Of a DNA stretch of 63,665 nucleotides, positions 50,721-58,585 are shown piece after piece. How positions within the stretch are numbered: the first letter of the stretch is position 1; every line of letters starts with the position of its first letter. Position numbers and translations under genes: made by a program. Source of the stretch: Chloroflexota bacterium. GTDB lineage: Bacteria > Chloroflexota > UBA11872 > VXNJ01. Under the pieces are notes generated by a model. That model was not told where the DNA came from and did not search any database. It saw only the letters and a program-made list of their open reading frames with translations. The stretch lies in assembly GCA_030744875.1 (NCBI GenBank), contig JASLPR010000036.1, positions 1 to 63,665 on the forward strand, in the 5' to 3' direction.

Positions 50721-51454
50721 TTAGACGCGGGAGATCAGGCGGTGGCGCTGGAAGCGGGCAAGAGCGAGCCGGAAGAGGGCGAGGTCGAGCAGGGCGAGGA
50801 CGGCGGCGGCGACGACGGTGCGGGGGTCGGCGCTGAGGAGGTTGTCGATGAGTTCGGCGGAACCGCTCCGCATCAGGGTCAAGGCGACCACCCCGAGGAT
50901 CATGGGGATGGTCATCAGGGGGAAGTGAGGGTCATGGCGGCGTCCTGCACGATACTGGCGCGCATGGAAGTCATGGAGCCGAGGGTCACAACGAAGACGA
51001 TCATGAGGGCGCTCAGGACGAGCCCGGAGACGATGGTGAGGATCGGGTAGAACCGGAAGGCGCCCTGCCAGTCGGCGATGTTGGCGGTGATGAGGCCGAT
51101 GACGGGGATGGCGAGGCCGGCGAGCCAGGAGATGCTGACGGCGGCGCCAATCTTGCCGAGCAGGATGCCGCGGTCGGAGATCGGGGTGGCGAGGAGCGAC
51201 TCAAGGGTGCGGCGCTCGCGCTCGCCGGCGAAGGATTCGGCCGAGAACAGCGCCGAGGGGATTACGGTCAGGAAGACCCACATGACGACCGGCCAGGCCG
51301 TGGTGACCCACACTTCGCTGAGTTGCAGCGGCAGGATGATGCCGATGACGGGGATGAAGACGAGCTAGCGCCAGGTGACGTTTCCGGATCGGGCCATGAA
51401 GGAGCTGAATCCGGTCTTTTCGGGGCGGGACATCCACTCGCGCCATTCCTTCAA
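50721..51454 (-). pseudogene. ABC-2 type transporter permease, inactivated (in-frame TAG at 51365-51367 and a frameshift at a C5 run near 50915-50925)
   Basis: The pieces LKEWREWMSRPEKTGFSSFMARSGNVTWR-stop-LVFIPVIGIILPL..., ...GERERRTLESLLATPISDRGILLGK...DAAMTLTSP and MTIPMILGVVALTL...ARFQRHRL together make one typical ABC-2 permease. Confidence 0.7.
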
Positions 51455-51476
51455 GGCGACGGAGGGGCTTCGTGGA

Positions 51477-52413
51477 TCATGCGTCTTCCTCGGTGACCAA
51501 GCCGAGGAAGGCGTCCTCGAGGGTGGCGGTCTGGCGGGAGGCCTCTTCCACGCTGCCGCCGGCGCTGACGATCAGTCCGACGAGCGGGGAGACCTCACCG
51601 TCCTCGTGGAGTTCGATAGTGAGCCGGCCGTCGGCGGCGGTGACAGCGGCGACTTCGGGCCGGGCGCGCAGTTGGGCCAGAGTCCCGTCGGTGAATCCGC
51701 GGCCGACGATCTCGAGGCGCGGCGCGCCCTGCTGATCGCGCAAATCCCGGGGGCTGCCGAGCGCGATCAGACGCCCGGAGCGGATGATGCCCACTTGCGA
51801 GCAGAGCTTCTCGGCTTCGACCAGGTTGTGGGTGGTGAGAAAAATGGTGACGCCTTCGCTGGCGCCCAGGACTGCCAGGTCTTCGCGCAGGGCGGCGGCG
51901 GCGATCGGGTCGAGCCCGGCAGTCGGTTCGTCGAGGAAGACCATGGGCGGGCGGGCGAGGAGAGCCCGGGCGATGGCCAGTTTCTGCTTCATGCCGCGGC
52001 TGAGGCTGTGGGCGAGCTGCCCGCGTTCGTCCCAGAGGTTGAAATGGCGCAGCAAATCCTCGGTGCGAGCCGCTCTTTCGCGTTCGCCCAGTCCCCAGAC
52101 GCGGCCGTGGAACTCGAGGTTGTCGGTGACGGTGAGGCGGTCGTAGATGCCGTGCTGCTCGAGCAGCGAGCCGCAGCCGCCGCGGACCTGGTCGCGCCTG
52201 GGTGGCGATGTCGAAGCCGAGCACCCGGGCCGATACCGCCTTGGGCTCCAGAAGCCCAAAGAGCAGGCGGATGGTGGTTGTCTTGCCGGCGCCGTTGGGG
52301 CCGAAGAAGCCGAAAATGGTACCGGCGGGCACTTCGAGGGAGAGATCGTCGACGGCTCGATTACTGCCGAAGTCGCGCGTCAATCCGGTGGTGCTGATGG
52401 CAACGTCGGTCAT
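51477..52413 (-). pseudogene. ABC transporter ATP-binding protein, frameshifted near 52194-52200
   Basis: Walker [11 protein letters not shown] is in one frame (to ...VLGFDIATQ). The Q-loop, signature LSRGMKQK, Walker [13 protein letters not shown] and the H-loop TTHN are in another frame. Confidence 0.8.
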
Positions 52414-52568
52414 ACCGCGAGCGTCTCCTACCCTCATCGCCGCCCGGCAGGCGGGGTGTCCTCTCCAAGAACGCCGCCTTCGTAGCAGCCGGTCACACGC
52501 ATATAGGCACGGCGCGGTGCAATGCCGGTGATGTCCGGTGGAGCTAGATGCTGGCTACAGACCCGGGA

Positions 52569-53516
52569 CTAGTTGCCGATGTCGTAGCGCAGCAGGCGCG
52601 TGTTGATGATGGTGATCACCGCGATCACCAGGAACAACGCGAACGACACCGCCGACGCATAGCCCATCTTCAGATAGGCGAAGGCGTTCTCGTAGATCAA
52701 CACGACGACGGTCACGGTGCTGTCCAACGGCCCCCCCACACCGTAGTTTCCGCCGCTGGCGTCACTGCCCGGGTTGGTCATGATCCAGACCTGCACGAAC
52801 ATCTGCAACGCGCCGATGAAGTAGACGATCACCACGAAGAACGTGGTCGGCGCCAGCAGGGGCAAGGTGATCCGCATGAACTGCGACACTCGTCCGGCGC
52901 CGTCGATTTCCGACGCTTCGTAGAGGTGCGGCGGAATACCCTGCAACCCGGCTAGGTAGATCACCATGTTGAGCCCCATATTCTTCCAGACGCTCAACAC
53001 GATGATCGACAGCATGGCAGTCTCCGCTCCGCGCAGGAACTTCGACCGCGGCAGACCCAGCATCTCCAGCGCTTCGTTGAACAGCCCGAATTGAGGCTCG
53101 TAGAACCAGAGCCAGATCAGAGAAACCGAGACGAACGAGCTGACAACCGGCAGGTAGAACATCGCCCGGAATGAGTAGATGCCGCGGATGCTGCGGTTGA
53201 TCAACGCCGCCAGCAGTAGCGAAGTCACAACTCCCGAAGGCACGGTCCCGATGGCAAACATCAGGGTATTGGTTACCGCATGGGTAAAGCGTACGTCCCC
53301 GGGCAGGTTGCCGTAGTTCTTGAACCCGGCGAACCGCGGCGCCTTCATGAGGTCGTAGTCGGTGAGGCTGTAGTAGAACGCGGCCACGATAGGTAGGATC
53401 ACGAAGATGATCAGGAAGAGGATTGAGGGCGCCACAAACAGGTAGCCCGCGAACCCCCCGCGGTTTCCGAATCTTGATCCTCTGCGCCTTCGTCGGACGA
53501 CAGCTCCCGCAGCCAT
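52569..53516 (-). CDS. ABC sugar-type transporter permease (MalF/UgpA-like, BPD_transp_1), copy 1
   Basis: Six TM helices. EAA loop YEASEIDGAGRVSQFMRITLPLLAP. Confidence 0.9.
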   Translation of the reverse strand: MAAGAVVRRRRRGSRFGNRGGFAGYLFVAPSILFLIIFVILPIVAAFYYSLTDYDLMKAPRFAGFKNYGNLPGDVRFTHAVTNTLMFAIGTVPSGVVTSLLLAALINRSIRGIYSFRAMFYLPVVSSFVSVSLIWLWFYEPQFGLFNEALEMLGLPRSKFLRGAETAMLSIIVLSVWKNMGLNMVIYLAGLQGIPPHLYEASEIDGAGRVSQFMRITLPLLAPTTFFVVIVYFIGALQMFVQVWIMTNPGSDASGGNYGVGGPLDSTVTVVVLIYENAFAYLKMGYASAVSFALFLVIAVITIINTRLLRYDIGN

Positions 53517-53615
53517 CCGCGGCCCCCTCTTCTCAATTCACCCAACACCCAACCGGGACTCAAAGACCCCCCCAAGTTCACCGCACCATATCACAGCTTC
53601 CACAGGGTCCCGAAA

Positions 53616-53630
53616 CGGGGTGAGACCCCG
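53616..53630 (-). terminator. weak hairpin (CGGGG-N5-CCCCG followed by UUU on the minus strand) downstream of permease copy 2
   Basis: CGGGGTGAGACCCCG lies 59 nt past the stop of the 53689-54621 gene. The U tract is short, so this is only a weak intrinsic-terminator candidate. Confidence 0.25.
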
Positions 53631-53688
53631 GCGATCAAGCTGTCTGCAGGTCGGACATCGGGGGCGACGCCGTCGCCGGACGGGTCCG

Positions 53689-54621
53689 CTAGCTGATGTC
53701 GTAGCGCAGCAGGCGGGCGTTGATGACCGTGATGACAGCGATCACCAGAAACAGTACGAAGGACATGGCCGAAGCAAACCCCATCCGCAGATAGGCGAAG
53801 GCGTTGACGTAGACCAAGATCACGACGGTGATGGTGCTGTCGAGCGGACCACCAAAGGTCTCGTTGTTCGCGCCGGTGGTCATGATAAATACCTGCACGA
53901 AAATCTGTAGCGCCCCAATGAAGTACACGATTACAACGAAGAAGGTGGTGGGCGCCAGCAGGGGAAGGGTGATGCGGAAGAAGGTTGAAACACGCCCCGC
54001 GCCGTCGATCTCGGCGGCCTCGTAGAGGTGCGGCGGGATGCCCTGCAGGCCCGCCAGGTAGATGACCATGTTCAGGCCCATGTTCTTCCACACGCTCATA
54101 ATGATGATGGACAGCATCGATGTCGGCGCCGCCCGCAGCCACTTCAGCCGGGGCAGGCCCAGGGCCTCGAAGATCTCATTCAGCAACCCGAACTGCGGCT
54201 CGTACATCCATAGCCAGATCAACGCCACTGAGACGAAGGAACTGACGACCGGCATGTAGAACAGGGCGCGGAAGGTGTAGATACCGCGTATCTGCCGATT
54301 GATCAGCACGGCCAGGGCCAGCGAGGTGACGACTCCGGAGGGCACCGTCCCGAAGGCGAAGTAGAGAGTGTTGGTGATGGCCCGGGGGTAGCGCGTGTCG
54401 CTGAGGAGACTGCCGTAGTTCTTGAAGCCGGAAAACCGCGGCGACGACATCAGGTCGTAGTCGGTGACACTGTAATAGGCCGCCGCGATGATTGGAAAGA
54501 TGACAAAGACGATCAGGAAGATGATCGAGGGGGCCACGAAGAAATATCCGGCCAGGCCCCCGCGATTGCCGAGTCCGAGCCGCCGCCGCAAACTCCGCCT
54601 GCCCGCCGTGATTGTCGCCAA
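53689..54621 (-). CDS. ABC sugar-type transporter permease (MalF/UgpA-like), copy 2, paralog of 52569-53516
   Basis: Collinear with copy 1 over the full length, roughly three quarters identical by eye. EAA loop YEAAEIDGAGRVSTFFRITLPLLAP. Confidence 0.9.
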   Translation of the reverse strand: MATITAGRRSLRRRLGLGNRGGLAGYFFVAPSIIFLIVFVIFPIIAAAYYSVTDYDLMSSPRFSGFKNYGSLLSDTRYPRAITNTLYFAFGTVPSGVVTSLALAVLINRQIRGIYTFRALFYMPVVSSFVSVALIWLWMYEPQFGLLNEIFEALGLPRLKWLRAAPTSMLSIIIMSVWKNMGLNMVIYLAGLQGIPPHLYEAAEIDGAGRVSTFFRITLPLLAPTTFFVVIVYFIGALQIFVQVFIMTTGANNETFGGPLDSTITVVILVYVNAFAYLRMGFASAMSFVLFLVIAVITVINARLLRYDIS

Positions 54622-54801
54622 ATCTCACCCTCAGACCGGCGCACCAATCGCCGGCGCGCTACATTCCCCAGCCAATCTCCACTGCCAATCTCCACTCTCC
54701 ACTCTCCACTATAGACGGTAGCCTAACCGCCCCCCACCCACCGAGCCGAAAAGGGCCCCGGGGCGGTCCTCGCAAGCCGAATCGGCGGCACCCTCGGCGT
54801 C

Positions 54802-55059
54802 ATGGTCGGCGCTGTCTTCATCTTCCCGATCGTCTTCTCTTCGATCGATGCGGCATGGCAGGCGTCGGCGCTGATGCCGAGCGCCTACCAGCGGCAGAAG
54901 AAGGTCCGTCGCGAGATCGCGCGGGAGCCGGAGTCGGTTGTGGAAACGGAGGAAGAAGAGGCCGTGGCCGAGCCGGTCATCCCCGAGCCGGAGACGGAAC
55001 CCGAACCCCCGGCGCCTTCTTTCGACGAACCCCTGATCGGGCAGCCGCTCCAGCTCTAG
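54802..55059 (+). CDS. hypothetical small protein (N-terminal hydrophobic segment, acidic Pro/Glu-rich tail)
   Basis: ATG start and high GC3. No homology recognised. Confidence 0.35.
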   Translation: MVGAVFIFPIVFSSIDAAWQASALMPSAYQRQKKVRREIAREPESVVETEEEEAVAEPVIPEPETEPEPPAPSFDEPLIGQPLQL

Positions 55060-55093
55060 CGACGCCGGCCCGGACGCAGCCGGATGGGCTGGT

Positions 55094-55549
55094 CTATCCG
55101 GCCATGCCCGCGTAGATCACGCCGAAGAGGATCCCGTAGACCAGGTGCAGCACCAGGAACCCCATCGCCGTCGGGCCGCCGGCTTTCATGGCAAAGAATC
55201 CCGGAGCCTCGACTTCGTCGTTGCGTATGCCGCGATGCATCATCGGCATCATCCCCAGGGCCATGCCGACGGCCGCCCAGTGGACGGAGCCGAAAATGAG
55301 CCCCCAGAGCCAGCCGACCTCAACGCCCAGCCAGGTGAAGAAGGCCGCATGCAAGAGACCGAAAACGACGCTCATCATCGCGTGAATCATGAACCCCAGC
55401 ACGTAGGCCGCGCCACCGGCCAGCAGCAGCATGGTGCCGAGCAGCTTGAACAGGTTCATGCGCATCTTGTCGGGCATCATCGCAATTCCCATGTGGAGCA
55501 GGGGCACCATCACGCCCCCACCGATCAGGCCGGCGATGACCGCCGACAT
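55094..55549 (-). CDS. hypothetical integral membrane protein (4-5 TM, Met/His-rich)
   Basis: MSAVIAGLIGGGVMVPLLHMGIAMMPDKM...; hydrophobic throughout. Start set to ATG 55549. Confidence 0.6.
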   Translation of the reverse strand: MSAVIAGLIGGGVMVPLLHMGIAMMPDKMRMNLFKLLGTMLLLAGGAAYVLGFMIHAMMSVVFGLLHAAFFTWLGVEVGWLWGLIFGSVHWAAVGMALGMMPMMHRGIRNDEVEAPGFFAMKAGGPTAMGFLVLHLVYGILFGVIYAGMAG

Positions 55550-55931
55550 CCCGTCAAATTCCACAGCTTCCTCCTGATCTTCCCGGCGCCACGCTGCGCC
55601 TCGCGATTTGAGTATCAACCGGGGGCAAACTGGAATCTGTGAGATAGCTTCGGTTCGCGACCCAAATCTGCGACGCTGTCGTTGTCCCGAAACTCGACCA
55701 GGCCCCCAGGCGGGCCCACCCGTTCCCGGCTCCTCGTTTCAGCTGCCGGCGGCGCTTCCGATCCTCTCCCAGTCGGCCCACGGCTCTTCCACCGACCAGG
55801 ATTCTCGATCGCAATCCCGGCCAGCTGCCAATTGCCTTCGATCTCGATCGCGAATGTTCCGATCTTTGCCAAATCGGCGGTCGGGCCGGATACTGCCGGG
55901 ACAACCCGCCACCCCCCCCAGGAGGACCCCG

Positions 55932-56717
55932 ATGGCCGCCACGCACAACCCGGCAGAACTGGCCCGCGAATTCATGGACGCTACCGCGACCGGCACGCCG
56001 GTGGATCCGCTGACGACGCGCTTTCCCGATCTCACCGCTGAAGACGCCTACGGCATCCAATTGGCTATCGTCGAGCAGCGCGTGGCCGACGGGCGCAAGG
56101 TGATCGGTAAGAAGATCGGCCTGAGCGGGAAGGTGATGCAGGAACTGCTGGGGGTGGACGAACCCGACTACGGCCATCTCTTCGACGACATGATCGTGCC
56201 GGCGGGCGAGGCCATCGCCACCGACACGCTGCTGGCGCCGCGCTGCGAGGGCGAGATCGCCTTCGTGTTGGCCGACGACCTGCCCGGGCCAGGCGTCACC
56301 GTGACCGATGTCCTGTCGGCGACGGAGGGCGTGATGCCGGCTCTGGAAATTGTGGATTCGCGGGTGCGCGACTGGAAGATCAAGCTCGAAGACACGGTGG
56401 CGGACAACGGCTCCAGCGCGCTGATCGTGCTGGGCGGGGCGCTGACGCCGGTGATCGAACTGGATCTGCGGCTGGTGGGGATGCTGTTTTCGCAGAACGG
56501 CAAGCACGTGGCGTCGGGGACCGGCGCGGAGGCGCTGGGGCATCCGGCGGTGTCGGTGGCCTGGCTGGCCAACAAGCTGGCCGAGTTCGACGTGGTCCTA
56601 CAGGCCGGGGAGATCGTGCTGTCCGGTTCGCTGGCGGGGGCGCCGTTCGCGGCCCCCGGAGACGTGTTCACGGCCGAGTTCGACCGGCTCGGTTCAGTGT
56701 CGGTGGCGTTCGAATAG
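55932..56717 (+). CDS. 2-keto-4-pentenoate hydratase / 2-oxohepta-3-ene-1,7-dioate hydratase family (MhpD-like)
   Basis: ATG 55932 preceded by GGAGGA. LTAEDAYGIQLAIVEQRVADGRKVIGKKIGL and EGEIAFVL motifs of the FAH-fold hydratase/decarboxylase family. Confidence 0.88.
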   Translation: MAATHNPAELAREFMDATATGTPVDPLTTRFPDLTAEDAYGIQLAIVEQRVADGRKVIGKKIGLSGKVMQELLGVDEPDYGHLFDDMIVPAGEAIATDTLLAPRCEGEIAFVLADDLPGPGVTVTDVLSATEGVMPALEIVDSRVRDWKIKLEDTVADNGSSALIVLGGALTPVIELDLRLVGMLFSQNGKHVASGTGAEALGHPAVSVAWLANKLAEFDVVLQAGEIVLSGSLAGAPFAAPGDVFTAEFDRLGSVSVAFE

Positions 56718-56733
56718 CCAGACCGGTGGATCT

Positions 56734-57543
56734 CTAGCCGCGTCCGCCGGCGAGTTTGCGGGCCTCGGGCGAAGCCCGCAGCCGCAGCATCGCCGCCACT
56801 CCGAAAACCGGCCCCAGCGCCAGCAGCGCGAAGGCCCAGGACCAGCCGCCGGCGTCGACGATCTCCGGCACAACCTGGATGGTGAAGAGGGTCAGCAGGA
56901 AGCCGATGGCGGTTTGCAGGGTCAGCGCCCTGCCCAGGTATTCGGGCTCGCTCAACTCGGTGATGGCAGCCGAGAACTGGGCCGAGTCGGCGACGACGGT
57001 GAACCCCCAGACGGCCAATATCGCCACCAGCACGGCCAGCGGCGCGGCGACAAACAGCGCCGCCAGCAGGGCGGCGGCGCTGGCGGTCATGGCGGCGACG
57101 GTGATGGTGGTGCGGCCCCAGCGATCGGCGAGCGCGCCGGCGGCGACACAGCCGATACCCCCGACGGCGATGACCGCGAAGGCTACGACGCTGCCCAGCG
57201 CCGCCGGATGCCCGCGGTCGCGGGCGACTTCGACCATGAACACCGGCACCCAAGTCCACATGGCATACAGCTCCCACATGTGCCCCAGGTAGCTCAGGTT
57301 GGCCAGCCGCAGGGCGCGGTCGCGGAACATCCGGGTGGCCAGCGTGCCAACGACGAAGCCGATCTGCACCGACATCGTCAGCCAGGCTCCGGCGGACGCG
57401 CTGAGATTCCACTCTTCGCGGAGCGCCGAGACCACCGCCGAGGCGCTGAACCAGGGGGTCATCGTCAGCATTTCGGCGGCCGCCAGCAGCCCCAGGTTGC
57501 GCCACTGCACGGCGGTGTCTTCGATGTTGTGGGAGTCGTTCAT
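56734..57543 (-). CDS. MFS-type transporter, apparently lacking TM3-TM6 (269 aa, about 8 TM)
   Basis: TM1-TM2 (..WLTMSVQIGFVVGTLA) run directly into sequence typical of the start of the second MFS half (FRDRALRLANLSYLGHMWELYAMWTWVP) and the loop 8-9 motif GALADRWGR. Confidence 0.7.
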   Translation of the reverse strand: MNDSHNIEDTAVQWRNLGLLAAAEMLTMTPWFSASAVVSALREEWNLSASAGAWLTMSVQIGFVVGTLATRMFRDRALRLANLSYLGHMWELYAMWTWVPVFMVEVARDRGHPAALGSVVAFAVIAVGGIGCVAAGALADRWGRTTITVAAMTASAAALLAALFVAAPLAVLVAILAVWGFTVVADSAQFSAAITELSEPEYLGRALTLQTAIGFLLTLFTIQVVPEIVDAGGWSWAFALLALGPVFGVAAMLRLRASPEARKLAGGRG

Positions 57544-57643
57544 GACCTATCGCGTCTTGCCGGTTCGCCGCCGGACACTGCAGTCCGGCGCCCCAATCCA
57601 GCGTCGCAGATCACCGCGCGATCCCGAAATCGGCTCGGGTGGA

Positions 57644-58585
57644 TCAGGGCTCCCAGAGCTCCAGTGAGTACCAGGTGGTCCAGTCCGGGGGGCCGTGCAC
57701 CTCGATGGCGTAGGTCCCGTCGGCGGGGAGGGTAAAGGTGAGATCGCCGGTGGCGGATTCGGCTACGAGGGCGCCATCGGGCCCGATAAGGCGCAGGATC
57801 AACTCGTCAACGCTGAGGTAGATGCGCAGCCCCTCGCCGGCCTGCCCGGCGTAGGTCCAGCGCTCGATGGTGCGCGGTCCGACCGATCCGGACTCGGCCA
57901 CGCCCAGGGTCACCGCGCCGCGCTCGCGATAGCCGACGTCGTCCTGACAGAAGCGCCAGAGGCGGACGTTGTCGACGTTGTTGAGCATGTCCTCCCAGTA
58001 GGTATTGCCGTCGAGATCGGTGAAGAAGGAGCGGTCGCCGTAGAGGGCCATCCACTCGATGAACCGGGCCTCGATGGCGTAGGCCCCGCCCTCGGCCACG
58101 TTGAGATCAAACGCGCCGTCGGGGCAGTTGTGGCGGCGGTGCTCCGGGTGGACTTGGCGGGCCTCGTGGACCAGGGCGCGGACGTAGTTTTCCATCGCCG
58201 CGCAGGCCGACGTCGGCGCCGATCCAAAGATTGGTCGGCAGCGGTAGGACCAGGGGTTGATCCACATGTAGCGGGCCGGGTCGCAGCAATAGCCGGCGCC
58301 GCCGAAGTCGGATTTGAAGATGATGCCGTCGATGGAGGAGATGAACCAGTCGTAGAGGGACAGGTCGGTCCAGGGCAGCGCCCGCGAAAAGCTGATGCGC
58401 CGCAGCAGCAGGACCGCCTGGTAGGTGCGCTCCTGGATGAAGGTGAGGTCGGCGGTGTCGGTGCCAGTGTTGGTGTAGAGGCAGCCGTCGTCCAGGGCGG
58501 TGAAGGGGCAGTCGTCGGCGGCAGCCACAGGCATGGCCGCGAGGAGACCGGCCAGCAGCAGGACCAGCAGTAGCGTTCTGCGCAT
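57644..58585 (-). CDS. secreted Cys/His-rich protein of unknown function with C-terminal PPC-like beta domain
   Basis: Signal peptide MRRTLLLVLLLAGLLAAMPVAAA. Nine Cys. His cluster LVHEARQVHPEHRRHNC. The ATG overlaps the stop of the upstream gene (ATGA at 58583-58587). Confidence 0.6.
   Translation of the reverse strand: MRRTLLLVLLLAGLLAAMPVAAADDCPFTALDDGCLYTNTGTDTADLTFIQERTYQAVLLLRRISFSRALPWTDLSLYDWFISSIDGIIFKSDFGGAGYCCDPARYMWINPWSYRCRPIFGSAPTSACAAMENYVRALVHEARQVHPEHRRHNCPDGAFDLNVAEGGAYAIEARFIEWMALYGDRSFFTDLDGNTYWEDMLNNVDNVRLWRFCQDDVGYRERGAVTLGVAESGSVGPRTIERWTYAGQAGEGLRIYLSVDELILRLIGPDGALVAESATGDLTFTLPADGTYAIEVHGPPDWTTWYSLELWEP

Noticed and set aside
48975-51367. Possibility that the two in-frame TAG codons (48975 and 51365) reflect amber reassignment or pyrrolysine.
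   Set aside because: TAG is used as the ordinary stop of several well-defined genes here: the AAA+ ATPase, ispF, cysS, folB, relA and creatininase paralog 2. No pyl genes are visible, and the same genes carry frameshifts. Ordinary nonsense mutations are the simpler explanation.
53591-54628. ORFs 53591-54142 and 54176-54628, which lie on the same (minus) strand as permease copy 2 but in alternative frames, and the antisense plus-strand ORF 53620-53910.
   Set aside because: The permease frame has clear TM helices and an EAA loop. The alternative frames are Arg/His-rich and have no features.
55615-55872. 85-aa minus-strand ORF in the 382-nt intergenic region between the membrane protein and the MhpD-like gene, together with a 10-nt direct repeat TCTCGATCGC at 55803-55812 and 55842-55851.
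   Set aside because: The ORF has a TTG start and a GC3 clearly lower than neighbouring genes. It contains rare codons (AGA, CTA) and a low-complexity C-terminal half. Its protein-like N-terminus is produced by the direct repeat itself. A 10-mer repeat in about 380 nt is only marginally unlikely by chance.
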